Shown here in pieces: positions 38,747 to 49,480 of a stretch of 60,922 nucleotides of DNA. The stretch's first letter is position 1. Every line of letters starts with the position of its first letter. A program made the translations under genes and the position numbers. The notes below the pieces were generated by a model. The model was not told the DNA's origin, did not search any database, and saw nothing but the letters and a program-made list of their open reading frames with translations. This stretch comes from a virus (lineage: Duplodnaviria > Caudoviricetes): positions 1 through 60,922 of the IMG/VR virus record IMGVR_UViG_3300025141_015004. The stretch is one strand, 5' to 3'.

Positions 38747-39069
38747 TAATAATTTTATATAGCGTTATAATAACGTTGTTGGTTCTTTTTTGTTTTTTTT
38801 ATATTCGATATTTGCTACAGAAGCTTGTTTTCTTCGCCGAAAACATCGATAATTTGAGAGAGGAGGTTCAAGAATATGTCGTCCATCTTAAATCTTTATA
38901 CGAAATGGAAATGTTCTACGGCGATGAGACAATCGAGGCCTTGATTAGCCACACAGTTCATGTTTTAAATAAAATAGAAGATTTTGAAGATTTTTATTCT
39001 CTCCTCGCGGATCCAATCATAGAATCAGAGGAGGAAAATTATGAGTCAGAAGAAAATTCGTCGTCGTAG
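38743..39069 (+). CDS. Hypothetical protein with N-terminal TM helix
   Basis: Hydrophobic N-terminus, acidic body, ATGA-type overlap. Confidence 0.7.
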   Translation: MIIILYSVIITLLVLFCFFYIRYLLQKLVFFAENIDNLREEVQEYVVHLKSLYEMEMFYGDETIEALISHTVHVLNKIEDFEDFYSLLADPIIESEEENYESEENSSS

Positions 39070-39742
39070 GAGGAAGGGAAAATCAAAAAAATATTTTACA
39101 CAAGTTCATGAAGATGCCATTGTTAAATATGCTATGTCAGAAGATATCAGAATAAGAACAAAGCTTTATAAAGAGTTAATACGACCAGTTTTCCACGAAA
39201 TGGTTGATAAAATTGTATATACCTACAAATTTAATAATTTACCAAACGTCGATTGCCTCAAGGAAGAGTGCAAGATTTGGCTTGTCACCATCCTAGAAAA
39301 ATTTGATCCCTCTAAGGGACATAAGGCTTTCTCTTATTTTTCCGTTATAACTAAAAATTGGTTTATCCAAAAAACCAAAAAGAATAAAACCAAACTCATT
39401 CGAGAAATTGAATTCGAAAATATCCATACAGTTCAAGAAAAATTAGTTGTCATTAATGAATATCATAATTTAAGGGAAAAGGAAGAATTTTTTATGCTTT
39501 TAAAGGTTGAAATTGTTAAATGGAAGGCCATGAATTTAAGATCAAATGAATTAAGAGTCATAGAAGCAATCCAAATTCTTTTTGAAGAGAGAGATAACAT
39601 CGAAATTTTTAATAAAAAAGCTATTTACTTGTATCTGAGAGAAATTACTGGAATGAATACAAAACAAATAGTAAATAATTTAAACAAAATCAGACAGAGA
39701 TACAAGACTTTTAAATCTAAGTGGGATGACGGAGAACTTTAA
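39041..39742 (+). CDS. Phage sigma factor for late transcription (T4 gp55-like)
   Basis: KKYFT; KFDPSKGHKAFSYFSVITKN resembles sigma region 2 of gp55-type factors; sits ahead of baseplate genes. Confidence 0.7.
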   Translation: MSQKKIRRRRRKGKSKKYFTQVHEDAIVKYAMSEDIRIRTKLYKELIRPVFHEMVDKIVYTYKFNNLPNVDCLKEECKIWLVTILEKFDPSKGHKAFSYFSVITKNWFIQKTKKNKTKLIREIEFENIHTVQEKLVVINEYHNLREKEEFFMLLKVEIVKWKAMNLRSNELRVIEAIQILFEERDNIEIFNKKAIYLYLREITGMNTKQIVNNLNKIRQRYKTFKSKWDDGEL

Positions 39743-40023
39743 TGAGTTTCGAAGAGAAAATGAAAGATGCAGTAAATAACATCGAAAATGATCGCGCTGC
39801 GATCAATGCTGTGCTGACAGATGCTATGATTTACCTCAAGCAAAACGTTGAAAACCACAGAAGCACCGGACAAGTGGTCGCAAAGTATTTCGAAGCTTTG
39901 CAAAGATCAAATGATCAGTTGATTAAGATTCTTGCTCTCAAAGAAAGGAGAGAAAGAACCGAAACGGATGACATATCAGCAGATGAATTATATGATCTAA
40001 TTGACAAAAAAGAGAAGGAATAA
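39742..40023 (+). CDS. Hypothetical helical protein
   Basis: TAATG coupling, GGAG RBS. Confidence 0.7.
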   Translation: MSFEEKMKDAVNNIENDRAAINAVLTDAMIYLKQNVENHRSTGQVVAKYFEALQRSNDQLIKILALKERRERTETDDISADELYDLIDKKEKE

Positions 40024-40028
40024 GTTTA

Positions 40029-42281
40029 ATGGCGGACAAGGAACCACTTTCTGTTGATATTGATCACACAAAGGGAAAAAGTGAATTTGGTATAGAAAAA
40101 GATCCAAGATCAGATGCCGCCAGCACTCTTGGTCAGGCAATTGCGAAAACTTTAAAGCCCAAGGGAGTGTTAGCTGATAAAAAAGAGCATACTGCTATTG
40201 TCTTATCAAAGAACCTTAGTGGCGGCAAAGAGGGATACCATCTTTATGTGCCCATGGTTCACCAAACGAAAGACATGCCCCTCGCCCTAAAGTCAGCGGC
40301 ATCTCCACTTAAGGGCAAAGATAAAACAAACGCTTATAACGTAGAAGTTTTATCGAACTTCAATGATGGAACAAGCTATATGGATTCTGATGTTGGTGAG
40401 CTAAAAGAAGGGGATGCCGTAATCATAACATATTCCGATGTTGTTGGGGGTATACCCTCAAAGGGCCGCGTTAAAAAGAAAAAAAATCAAGCTCTTACTG
40501 CGGATCAAGCTACAAAGCTTTTTCAAGAAGGAGCTATTAACCCCGGAGGCGGACCCTTTGGTTCCTCAGTCGGTTCCTCCGCGGCCTCAAACTTAAAAAG
40601 AACGAGCGGAACTACTCCTTCTCCGGTAAAAATCACGAAGCAAAAATTGCTTGCCAGAAATAAAAAAATTCAGAAATCAAAAGAATCTCCTTGTAGGTCA
40701 ATATATCAAAATAGGCGGGATCTTGCAAAATATAATAACTATGAAGGAGACATGAGGGTTTTTAAATCAAAATGTGACGATTTCCAAAGTATGATGAAAC
40801 AGATGCAGCAGACAATAAACAGCGGTGTTGCAAAAAGTCTTCTAGATAAGAATGGCCTAGGCGATAATTTTAAAAGAATAATGTTAGAGGTGTTTGTTGG
40901 AGGGCCTTATCTTTATCAAGGAAAGGCGGAGTTTACCGGTGAATATGTATACGGAAGCGGATTTGCAAGAAATTCACAAGGCCAGAAAAATGCTCGAGCC
41001 TTAGCCGGCGGATATACAATGAAAGGGTATGGAGCATATTCGGAATACTGGAAGCAACAAGGAAATCTAAAAGAACATCCTCCACTTGGATGGAGGATGA
41101 CTGGCGCCTTCGATTGCTTGGCGCTTACTGTATATCTGGCACTTAAATCCGGATTCTTGGCTAATGTCTTAGAGAGGGATCTGCAAAAAACAAACTCTAA
41201 TTGCTGTGGCCCGGGCGATACTTATAGGCATACTCAAGCTTTTCAACTAGGAATAGAGCAATGGGCAGCAACCCCCGGGGCTAACGGAAATTATCTTAAC
41301 CCCTACGGGCATCAATTTACTTCTGCTGGAGACGGAGCAAAACTCTTGACATCTGGTAAGGGAAAGGGGTGGTATGCGGTTAATTATTTTAATGCCGGAG
41401 GCCATTCACAAAAAAATGCATATAAAAGAGGCCCGAGACAGGCTATGTGGCTTAAATACGAAGGCGGAACAGGACCCGGAAATATAATAAGATACGGATC
41501 TAAGGGCAATCGGAAAGTTAGATTACAGCTTATGTGGTCTCATGCATACGCAGACTATACTGGAGATTTTGATAAAATGCCGTCAACACCCCCGGCCGCG
41601 CCCCCTCAAAAACGATATCCACCCGGGGACTGCCGTGATCACAGAGGCCGGCCATACGACAAAGGCGGGTGCTACCGCCCGGGCACGGATCCAGCACCTT
41701 CAGATCTCTATCCTCTTGCGCAGTGGATCCCGGCCGCAGATGATACAAAAAGAGGTAGTCTGAATCCGTCCAGTGTTCGAAACATAGTGTTTCATACTAC
41801 CGGTGGCTCCGGGACTGATTACGGAGCAATTAAGTGGTTTCAATATGCAGAGCGCAGTTCGAAGACGTCAACACATTTTGTGATTAATTATAACGGACAG
41901 GTTACACAGATGCATGATTTAAATACTTTGACGATTCACGCTGCAAGGAATAATTCTACATCAATCGGTATTGAACATGTGGGGCCAGGCCGCGCCGCCC
42001 GCGCAGGGGGTCCACATCCCGGGCCGCCAAAAGACACTCCAAACGCAGCGTGGTGGGCTGGGACAGATGGAACTAGAATGTTGGAGGCATCAGCGAAGTT
42101 AGTAGCTTGGTTGTGTGACAAGTATAATATTCCGAGACAGAGAGCCATGGGCATTAGGAGCATGCGCCCTGCAACGAAGGGAATAGTTTTACACCGTGAA
42201 ATTTCTGGTCGGGGTGGTCATCATGATCCCGGTCCTTATTTCCCTTGGGATAGATATATACAAATGGTGAAAAATGCATAG
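40029..42281 (+). CDS. Baseplate hub-associated protein with C-terminal N-acetylmuramoyl-L-alanine amidase (Amidase_2)
   Basis: IVFHTT, STHFVI..GQVTQ, IHA..NSTSIGIE, HREIS, DPGPYFPW; position ahead of spike/gp25/gp6. Confidence 0.85.
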   Translation: MADKEPLSVDIDHTKGKSEFGIEKDPRSDAASTLGQAIAKTLKPKGVLADKKEHTAIVLSKNLSGGKEGYHLYVPMVHQTKDMPLALKSAASPLKGKDKTNAYNVEVLSNFNDGTSYMDSDVGELKEGDAVIITYSDVVGGIPSKGRVKKKKNQALTADQATKLFQEGAINPGGGPFGSSVGSSAASNLKRTSGTTPSPVKITKQKLLARNKKIQKSKESPCRSIYQNRRDLAKYNNYEGDMRVFKSKCDDFQSMMKQMQQTINSGVAKSLLDKNGLGDNFKRIMLEVFVGGPYLYQGKAEFTGEYVYGSGFARNSQGQKNARALAGGYTMKGYGAYSEYWKQQGNLKEHPPLGWRMTGAFDCLALTVYLALKSGFLANVLERDLQKTNSNCCGPGDTYRHTQAFQLGIEQWAATPGANGNYLNPYGHQFTSAGDGAKLLTSGKGKGWYAVNYFNAGGHSQKNAYKRGPRQAMWLKYEGGTGPGNIIRYGSKGNRKVRLQLMWSHAYADYTGDFDKMPSTPPAAPPQKRYPPGDCRDHRGRPYDKGGCYRPGTDPAPSDLYPLAQWIPAADDTKRGSLNPSSVRNIVFHTTGGSGTDYGAIKWFQYAERSSKTSTHFVINYNGQVTQMHDLNTLTIHAARNNSTSIGIEHVGPGRAARAGGPHPGPPKDTPNAAWWAGTDGTRMLEASAKLVAWLCDKYNIPRQRAMGIRSMRPATKGIVLHREISGRGGHHDPGPYFPWDRYIQMVKNA

Positions 42282-42328
42282 TAATAAAAAAGGATAAACA
42301 GCAGTAATTTAAGGAGATTTTGATAATA

Positions 42329-43315
42329 ATGCCTGATATTGATAAAAATATTAATGAAAATCGATTTAGCCTAGAGCAAAAATCTTCTATTGATTGGTTA
42401 TCCGAAGCAGATAAGAGATCAAAAATAGTTGGATTTGCAAACTCTTCTATGATAATCCCGCAGCCTTCCTTGATCGCATCCGGAATTGAAGCAATCTTTC
42501 CAGCATCCGGATTTGATCAAAGTAACGCACAAATTGTAATTGCCCGTGATCGACCCTCTTCTATATTTTCAGGATATGGGGGAAAGGGCCATCAAAAGTG
42601 TTCCACAATTGATATTGTAGCCGGCCGCGTTTCCGCAGTTTCTGCAACAACATTTGTTGAACCTAATGGTGAGGAGGTTGAATTTAGCGTTGATCCTAAT
42701 TTTGAAATGGACGCGGCAAGGATATATATTTCTGAGAAAACGGATATTGATAAGAATTTTAGGTTAAGAGAGCAGGAGCATCAGTTTGCTCCTAATTTAG
42801 AGGGGCGATCTGCTATTGGGATGAAAGCTGATGCAATTAGGATTATAGGGAATGAAGGTGTCAAAATTGTTACCGGGGTTTATAAGAAGAATTCAAGAGG
42901 CGGAAGCTTAACTAAAGCGGGAATTGAATTGGTCTGTTTAAATGGTAATGATGGAGTGTTTGCCGTACAGCCATTCGTTAAAGGGGATTCTTTAGTTAGT
43001 AGTTTGAATAAGCTTCAAAATCATATTTATAAATTAAATGCTTTGGTTATAGACTTTATAAAGAATCAGCAACAGCTAAATGTTTTAAACTCCAACCATA
43101 ACCACAATTCTCCTGCTCTTTTAACTCCAACTGGCCCACCGGCATTGGGTATTCCGGATCCATATCAAGCAATATTTAAATTTTCTAAAAAGAGTATCGA
43201 CAAAGTTCAAAAGAAATTGCAAAATAACTCAACCAATCTTGATAATTGGGAAAAAATATATTTGTCTCAAGATAGCAAAGATTGGCTTTTATCTAGATAT
43301 AACGGCACAAATTAA
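42329..43315 (+). CDS. Baseplate central spike-like protein
   Basis: Short beta-strand repeats (KADAIRIIG, GVKIVTG), VKGD.L and HxH (HNH) near C-terminus; gene position; start may be 42320. Confidence 0.55.
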   Translation: MPDIDKNINENRFSLEQKSSIDWLSEADKRSKIVGFANSSMIIPQPSLIASGIEAIFPASGFDQSNAQIVIARDRPSSIFSGYGGKGHQKCSTIDIVAGRVSAVSATTFVEPNGEEVEFSVDPNFEMDAARIYISEKTDIDKNFRLREQEHQFAPNLEGRSAIGMKADAIRIIGNEGVKIVTGVYKKNSRGGSLTKAGIELVCLNGNDGVFAVQPFVKGDSLVSSLNKLQNHIYKLNALVIDFIKNQQQLNVLNSNHNHNSPALLTPTGPPALGIPDPYQAIFKFSKKSIDKVQKKLQNNSTNLDNWEKIYLSQDSKDWLLSRYNGTN

Positions 43316-43326
43316 GGAATTTAGTG

Positions 43327-46300
43327 ATGGCAGAGCTTACTAAAAAAGAGAAAGAAGACGTCTATAATGCCCGGGCCGCTGTAGAAAATATAAAATTAAT
43401 TCAAGGCGCCCAAATAGCCGCCGGCCCTCATAATAAGGCTGCGCCGGCTCTTAAAGCCGCAGCCGAGGGCGCCTTATCTGATATGATGAGCGTTTCTGCG
43501 TTTAGCCATTTAGTTAATCTTTTGTCTAGTGATATAAGCGTCCAAGAAGTATACAAATCGACCGTTAAAGCTCACCTTGTATTTTTACAATCCAGAGAGC
43601 AAAAAGATCCACAAAAAACTCTCGTCCAAAGACATGTCCACAAAAAAGATCCCGTCAAAAATCCAAAAGAAAGAAAGATTTTAAAAAAGGTTGAAAAACA
43701 AAAAATAAAATCTGATAATAAATTATACAAAACTCCTTCTGAAATATTTTCTGATTTTTCTATTCGTAATGATGAGCAAATCACAAATGCGATATTTGAT
43801 TTCGAAACTAGGTGGAAGAATAATAATCAAAAAGTTGGTAACGTATTTGTATCAAACTACGGGGATCTTAAAAAGGATTTTGAAAAAACTTTAAACGAAA
43901 TTAAATCTCCGTATATGAAGATAGCAAAATATTACAATAATTATGCTACAAAATTTGGATTTGCCGAACTTGTTCAAAACAGTTTAAATTGTTTAATTCA
44001 AAATACACCGTTATCAGTTGTTAAAGCTGCGTATGACGAGGCGCAAAAAGAAATTGACGATTTCTTGAAAGATGCTGATACAGTTGTTACAGAATCTTTA
44101 AATATAATTGATAAGTCAATCGGAATTGCTGAGGAAGTCTACGATACCACTCGAGAGATAAAAAAAGAATTTAAAGATTACAAAGTCAGCCTTAAGGATA
44201 TCGACATACCAACGACTCAGGATATAATTCGGAATAAACTGAGGAAACTATTTCTAGATGTTCTTCTTCCGATGATTACATCACAAATTGCAAATATTTT
44301 AAATATTATTCTTGATAATGCATGCGGAGATACAACGTCCGGGGATGTATCATCTGATTCTCCTCCGGGCTCTGTGGATATATCAGATATTATTGACGAG
44401 TCATCTTTTGTAAATCAGCTTAAGAATATTTATGGCGTTGGGCCTGAAACGCTGCCTGAATACTCATCGGCTTTGACTGATATATCTGGCTTTCTAACTC
44501 CTCGAGAGATTTGTGAGTTGTTTAATGGCGAAGCATCTGAAACGACTTTGGAATTGGTAAGTAACTTCATATCAATTTTTTATAAAAAAATAGCTTTGAG
44601 AATGAACACAAAACAGAGAATTGTCTCCTTTTTTATTTTGATGGGGCAATTATCTGCTAAAGATTTTTGCAAACAAATAGATTTAAATACTATAAATAAT
44701 GAATTCTGCACCGGTACTGATGAATATTCAACTAGTTTGAGAGCATGTCTTTTAAAAAGAAATCCCGATTTAGCCACAGAAACCAGACAAAAATATTTAG
44801 ATAAAAAGAAACAACAAATAAAGGCCGCATTAAAGATCTCTTATTATCCTCTTGATATGAGAACAGATGTGATCGAGCTTAATAAAGTTTTTGAAAATAT
44901 AGAAAAAGAGCAAACTTTGGCCCCTCTTTTGGAAATCGCAGACGAATTTAAAAGCAAATATAAAGAATCTTTAAAAAATATGTCATCTAATTTTGTTGCA
45001 AATTATGAGGTTTTAATAGAAAAAGAATCTTTTATCTCGAATGTCTTGGGGAGGATAAAGTCTGCCGGCACCACATTACCTGAAGGGATAGAGGACTCTC
45101 TTAAAACCATTCCACTTTTGGTTTCCAAGCATGAAAAGCAAATTTTTCCGGAAATTGTGCCTGCTTTGTTTTTGACAAGAAGAAATGTAAATGGAACTTA
45201 TCCAACGAACAAATATGAAATCAAAAAGACGTTTAGCACTTATCATCCTGCTTTGGATGGTTACAAAAATTTTATAAAAAGTTTATTAAGTTTAGATGCT
45301 GCAGATATTAGCATCAATAAAGATAAATTACCTTATAGTTCTCAAATTATAGCACCGTATTATACAAAAGTGCTATCTCATGAATATTGGAACCTTAACC
45401 GGACTGCCAATAATCTTTTAAAAACGGAACAAGATATGTTGTCTAAGGGAGATTTTATCTGGACTTCAGGGTTCACGGGTGACACTCCGGATACCAAGGT
45501 AACAAAAAATGCTAAGATACATAATTTTAATATTTCTGTGAATTCATCTGCTGCAGCAGGCATCCTTCAACAGCCTTACGAAGACTATATAAAAAATATT
45601 ACGGGCAATAATGATAAAATTTTCTTGAAAAATAAGGATCTGACTTTTGAGAGTTATGTCGCATCCACTTATAATGAATTAGCAAATATTTGTACAAATA
45701 GTATTTTCGCTAAAAAAATATCTGTGGGACCGGCATCAAACAATGATAGCGGAAAAATGTCCGGCATAGAATTGATGCAGTTGTCTCCGGAGCAACGCGC
45801 TGCATGTATTGAAGGATTAGACCTTAATTTTGATCTTATCAACTTTGATAATATTGCTAGGCAAATAGCCAATATTAATATTTTAGGATTTAATCCAAAC
45901 TTAAATGATGAAGATGAAGGACGAGAAAAATTCTTTAATAATCTAATGATATTTAAAAGCCAAATTTTAGATTTTGTGATAAAATCGATTTTTGTTTTTT
46001 CTGAGTTTAATTTTGAAGAAAATGAAATTGACGACACCATGGTTGATTTTGTTTATTTAGAATTTTTTAGAGGCTTGTTAGAAAAAGATAGTGAACTTAA
46101 AGAAGAGAGCGATGAATTTTTAAATTTAGACACGCAAGCACAAACGACGTTTATCGAAGATATAAGATGGTCAGAGTTTAAGGGCATAAAATCAGTTAAT
46201 ATAAGCGCTACTCTTCCGCAAGGAGGAGATCAATCAAAATTTGATGATATGATCGTGGATATTACTGGTGCAAAAAATATGGCCCCAATCCCGGGAAACC

Positions 46301-49098
46301 CGTCCGACGTCGCAAAACAAATTAGTTTGACATATAATGTTGCAAACACATTGCGTTATTTTGGTTCTGGTAAAAATGAAGGTAGCTTTTGCGAGGCAAT
46401 AAGAACATTAATTCGAAAAGAAATATCGAATATGTCGAAGGCTTTGAAAGATATAATCTACACAGATTTGCAAAAACAATCAAAAATATTTAACCTAGAA
46501 GACAGGTTCATCGAGAAGAAATTAAATATACTTTCAATTGCTGAACAAAAAACTCGTGGTTTTACTAACATGCAAGGGGATTGGATTGACTCCACAATAA
46601 GAAAAATGATTGGGGAAGTGATGTCATATGATCATCCTTATTTCGAAACAACAAAACGTGGAGATACGTATGCTGAAGAAAGATTAGCCTTTGCTATTCA
46701 GTCTCAAATGGGCGGAGAATCTTTCTTTTTTACGAGATTTTCCAACTCCACCGGCTTTTTCCCAGAGAGGGGACAAAAAACAGTAGATATTGAAGTTATA
46801 TCATGTTTCTTTGATAAGTCTTGGGAAAAGTCCGAAGCCGTACCAGATTCTAAATCTTTGTCCCTATCAGGATTTAACTCTTATAAGATCGACGAAGAAG
46901 CCATCGCCAATAAGATTTTTAAATTGGATCCCACGAAGAAACATTATTTAGCAGTACACACCGACGCCGACTTTAGAAAATTTACACAACAAGACGTTAT
47001 CGGTTATTCAAAAAGAAGCGCGGCCGGGGGGTTAATAGGCCCGGGAGCCCTTGGTCTTTACGATGCGCTTCAATTTTCCGGACCAAATACAACTACAGCC
47101 AATCTTACGTCAGAAAACGTAATCCATATATTATTTAATAATGCTTATTGGGTAAAACAAGGCAGTAAAGAAGGAGATCCCTCCAGAATTGCCTCGGGCA
47201 CTCGGGCACTTCAAAATCGTTCCCCCTACCTAGTTGTGGAAATAGAAAATTATTTTAATATGACAATCGCATATCAGTGGGCCGGGTATAATACTCCCTT
47301 AACTGGCTGGTTAAAGCAAAACCCAGCGCTCCAAACTAAAAATGGCCTTGGACGTCCCCATTATGAGCTGATGTTAGAAATACTCGATGCAGCAAGAAAA
47401 TATGTTAATAAGAATAAGGGAAAAGGAGGCGGCAGCCCATTTGTAGAATTCCTTCCCGGCGGACAATCTCAACTAGTTGGAATGAAAATGGTGGATCCTC
47501 CCGCTTTAACAAAAACAAGAACTGAATTAGGATATACACAGCAGGAATATGATGCAGTCAAGAAAGGTGGATACAGTTATTTATATGAACCTCCTTCAGC
47601 CGGCCCCTATAATAAAGATCATACTGGATTTAGAAGATTTTCTACTAGAAATTATCCTTTTTCGGCTTTATCTCAGCTTTTTCAGAGAACAAAATGGCTT
47701 ATTGATGACTCCAAACATGGGACGATACAGCAGAAATCACCACTTGTAGACAGTCAAATGACTAATCGCTCTTTAATACAGGAAAAATATGTTAAAAATA
47801 GTTATATCTTGGATATTATAAAAAATGCCAAACAAAGAATCACACCAGATTCTGTATCTTTAATAGATGATTGGAGATATAGATGGGTAAATTATAAAAC
47901 ATCTCCAATTGCGAAGTTTAAAGTTAATATTGATAACTACAGTGCTTTTAAAACAAATTTTAAAAAAGAACATGGTAGGGACGCAACTGATGACGATTAT
48001 TTGAATATTTGCCTTAAGCCAAAAATAATAGAGGAATTCAAAAAACAGCCTGTTATTCCAAAAGAATTATATAAATCAACTTTCCCTCTTAAGGGCATGA
48101 TTTCTCATGTTGCTTGCAATTTAAACAATTATATTGAATATATTAACAACGTTGAGCCTAAATTAGGGCTCGAGTCTATGCCCAAAAGAATTGTAACTGT
48201 TCGTTCTTTGGATGATTTTTCTCTTTTTAATAATAATCTATTAACTGATCCTCGAAAAGTAGGTATACCCATCATCCCGGGCCTGAGTGGAGCAGGAATA
48301 GTAAGTGGGGCAGGTTTAAGCGCATCTCAGATTCAGGGTATTGCTAGTGCAAACGCCAATTTATCAGCATTAGATATAATTATGATGTCAAAGACATTTA
48401 GTTTTGCAATCTATTTTATTAAAACTGCAATAAAGCAATATTTGTCTATTATGGAACAGCAAGATATGAATCTCAAGATTTCAAAATCCATGGCAGATGC
48501 AATTGGAACTGTGGTGAGGAATATATATACAGCATCGCAGAGCATATCTGCTTCTGCGAACAAGTTAGGAAGTATTTTCGGCGCAGATACACAGGGAAAG
48601 GGAATCCCTTCGCAATCTGAATTAATGTCTCAATTTAGGGGAATGAAGCTTCTTTTTAATCCTCCGGTATTTCCTTTTGCTATTGGTAATGCTTTCTGGC
48701 TCTGGCCGAGTTCCTTTCCGCAGTGGATTGCTTATTTAATACTTGAGCCTGTTTTAATAGCGATAGAAATGAGCGAAGATGCTGGATTATTGGAACAGCT
48801 AAGAGCGGCCTTGTTTGCAGACGATAAAGACAATTCATTATCCGCGCCAAAAGAAAATCTCGAGAAGGCGCAAAAATTAGCAGAAGATAATGCAGCGAAA
48901 AGCAATCCGATTCAAAAAACAAAAGACGGAGAAACTTTCCAAGAAACTCTAGGTGGTGAATATTTATTACCAGATGGAAGAGAATATGTTGGAAAATATC
49001 ATACTCATGCAGATGGTACGGTAATGACTGACGAGGCACACAAGTGTGGTAGCTCAATTATATTAACACCGGTTTACAAAAGGGATGATTTAGAATAA
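43327..49098 (+). CDS. Large virion structural protein (about 1920 aa)
   Basis: Long ORF in baseplate operon; C-terminal GEY.LPDG.EYVG.YH motif. Confidence 0.7.
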   Translation: MAELTKKEKEDVYNARAAVENIKLIQGAQIAAGPHNKAAPALKAAAEGALSDMMSVSAFSHLVNLLSSDISVQEVYKSTVKAHLVFLQSREQKDPQKTLVQRHVHKKDPVKNPKERKILKKVEKQKIKSDNKLYKTPSEIFSDFSIRNDEQITNAIFDFETRWKNNNQKVGNVFVSNYGDLKKDFEKTLNEIKSPYMKIAKYYNNYATKFGFAELVQNSLNCLIQNTPLSVVKAAYDEAQKEIDDFLKDADTVVTESLNIIDKSIGIAEEVYDTTREIKKEFKDYKVSLKDIDIPTTQDIIRNKLRKLFLDVLLPMITSQIANILNIILDNACGDTTSGDVSSDSPPGSVDISDIIDESSFVNQLKNIYGVGPETLPEYSSALTDISGFLTPREICELFNGEASETTLELVSNFISIFYKKIALRMNTKQRIVSFFILMGQLSAKDFCKQIDLNTINNEFCTGTDEYSTSLRACLLKRNPDLATETRQKYLDKKKQQIKAALKISYYPLDMRTDVIELNKVFENIEKEQTLAPLLEIADEFKSKYKESLKNMSSNFVANYEVLIEKESFISNVLGRIKSAGTTLPEGIEDSLKTIPLLVSKHEKQIFPEIVPALFLTRRNVNGTYPTNKYEIKKTFSTYHPALDGYKNFIKSLLSLDAADISINKDKLPYSSQIIAPYYTKVLSHEYWNLNRTANNLLKTEQDMLSKGDFIWTSGFTGDTPDTKVTKNAKIHNFNISVNSSAAAGILQQPYEDYIKNITGNNDKIFLKNKDLTFESYVASTYNELANICTNSIFAKKISVGPASNNDSGKMSGIELMQLSPEQRAACIEGLDLNFDLINFDNIARQIANINILGFNPNLNDEDEGREKFFNNLMIFKSQILDFVIKSIFVFSEFNFEENEIDDTMVDFVYLEFFRGLLEKDSELKEESDEFLNLDTQAQTTFIEDIRWSEFKGIKSVNISATLPQGGDQSKFDDMIVDITGAKNMAPIPGNPSDVAKQISLTYNVANTLRYFGSGKNEGSFCEAIRTLIRKEISNMSKALKDIIYTDLQKQSKIFNLEDRFIEKKLNILSIAEQKTRGFTNMQGDWIDSTIRKMIGEVMSYDHPYFETTKRGDTYAEERLAFAIQSQMGGESFFFTRFSNSTGFFPERGQKTVDIEVISCFFDKSWEKSEAVPDSKSLSLSGFNSYKIDEEAIANKIFKLDPTKKHYLAVHTDADFRKFTQQDVIGYSKRSAAGGLIGPGALGLYDALQFSGPNTTTANLTSENVIHILFNNAYWVKQGSKEGDPSRIASGTRALQNRSPYLVVEIENYFNMTIAYQWAGYNTPLTGWLKQNPALQTKNGLGRPHYELMLEILDAARKYVNKNKGKGGGSPFVEFLPGGQSQLVGMKMVDPPALTKTRTELGYTQQEYDAVKKGGYSYLYEPPSAGPYNKDHTGFRRFSTRNYPFSALSQLFQRTKWLIDDSKHGTIQQKSPLVDSQMTNRSLIQEKYVKNSYILDIIKNAKQRITPDSVSLIDDWRYRWVNYKTSPIAKFKVNIDNYSAFKTNFKKEHGRDATDDDYLNICLKPKIIEEFKKQPVIPKELYKSTFPLKGMISHVACNLNNYIEYINNVEPKLGLESMPKRIVTVRSLDDFSLFNNNLLTDPRKVGIPIIPGLSGAGIVSGAGLSASQIQGIASANANLSALDIIMMSKTFSFAIYFIKTAIKQYLSIMEQQDMNLKISKSMADAIGTVVRNIYTASQSISASANKLGSIFGADTQGKGIPSQSELMSQFRGMKLLFNPPVFPFAIGNAFWLWPSSFPQWIAYLILEPVLIAIEMSEDAGLLEQLRAALFADDKDNSLSAPKENLEKAQKLAEDNAAKSNPIQKTKDGETFQETLGGEYLLPDGREYVGKYHTHADGTVMTDEAHKCGSSIILTPVYKRDDLE

Positions 49099-49466
49099 TG
49101 GCAAAGTTAACTCCCAAATTACCATTATCTCCAGATAAAACTCAACCCGGATTTGAACACATTACCGTTCTTCGCGAGCTTATAAAGCAAAATATGAAAA
49201 TGGTTATTCTCACAAATCCGGGAGAAAGAGTGATGATGCCGGAGTTTGGAGTTGGCATAACAGGGCTGTTATTCGAAAATATATCTGATCTAGATAGAAT
49301 GTCTTTTTATGAAGGGAAGATAATGGAACAAGTTAGCGAACATTTGCCTTACGTAGAAATAATAGAGATAGATTTTGACGAAAGTGAAATTGATTCTAAT
49401 AAGTTATCAGTTAAAATTGTGTATTCTATACCGACTTTGGATGAGGAAGATGTGTTGTATATATAA
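49098..49466 (+). CDS. Baseplate wedge protein, T4 gp25-like
   Basis: IKQNMKMVILTNPGERVMMPEFGVG..LFE. Confidence 0.92.
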   Translation: MAKLTPKLPLSPDKTQPGFEHITVLRELIKQNMKMVILTNPGERVMMPEFGVGITGLLFENISDLDRMSFYEGKIMEQVSEHLPYVEIIEIDFDESEIDSNKLSVKIVYSIPTLDEEDVLYI

Positions 49467-49480
49467 GAAGGATTCATTAA

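Noticed and set aside
38261-40030. TTGACA at 38261 and 40001 as sigma70 promoters
   Set aside because: No good -10 box at 17-bp spacing
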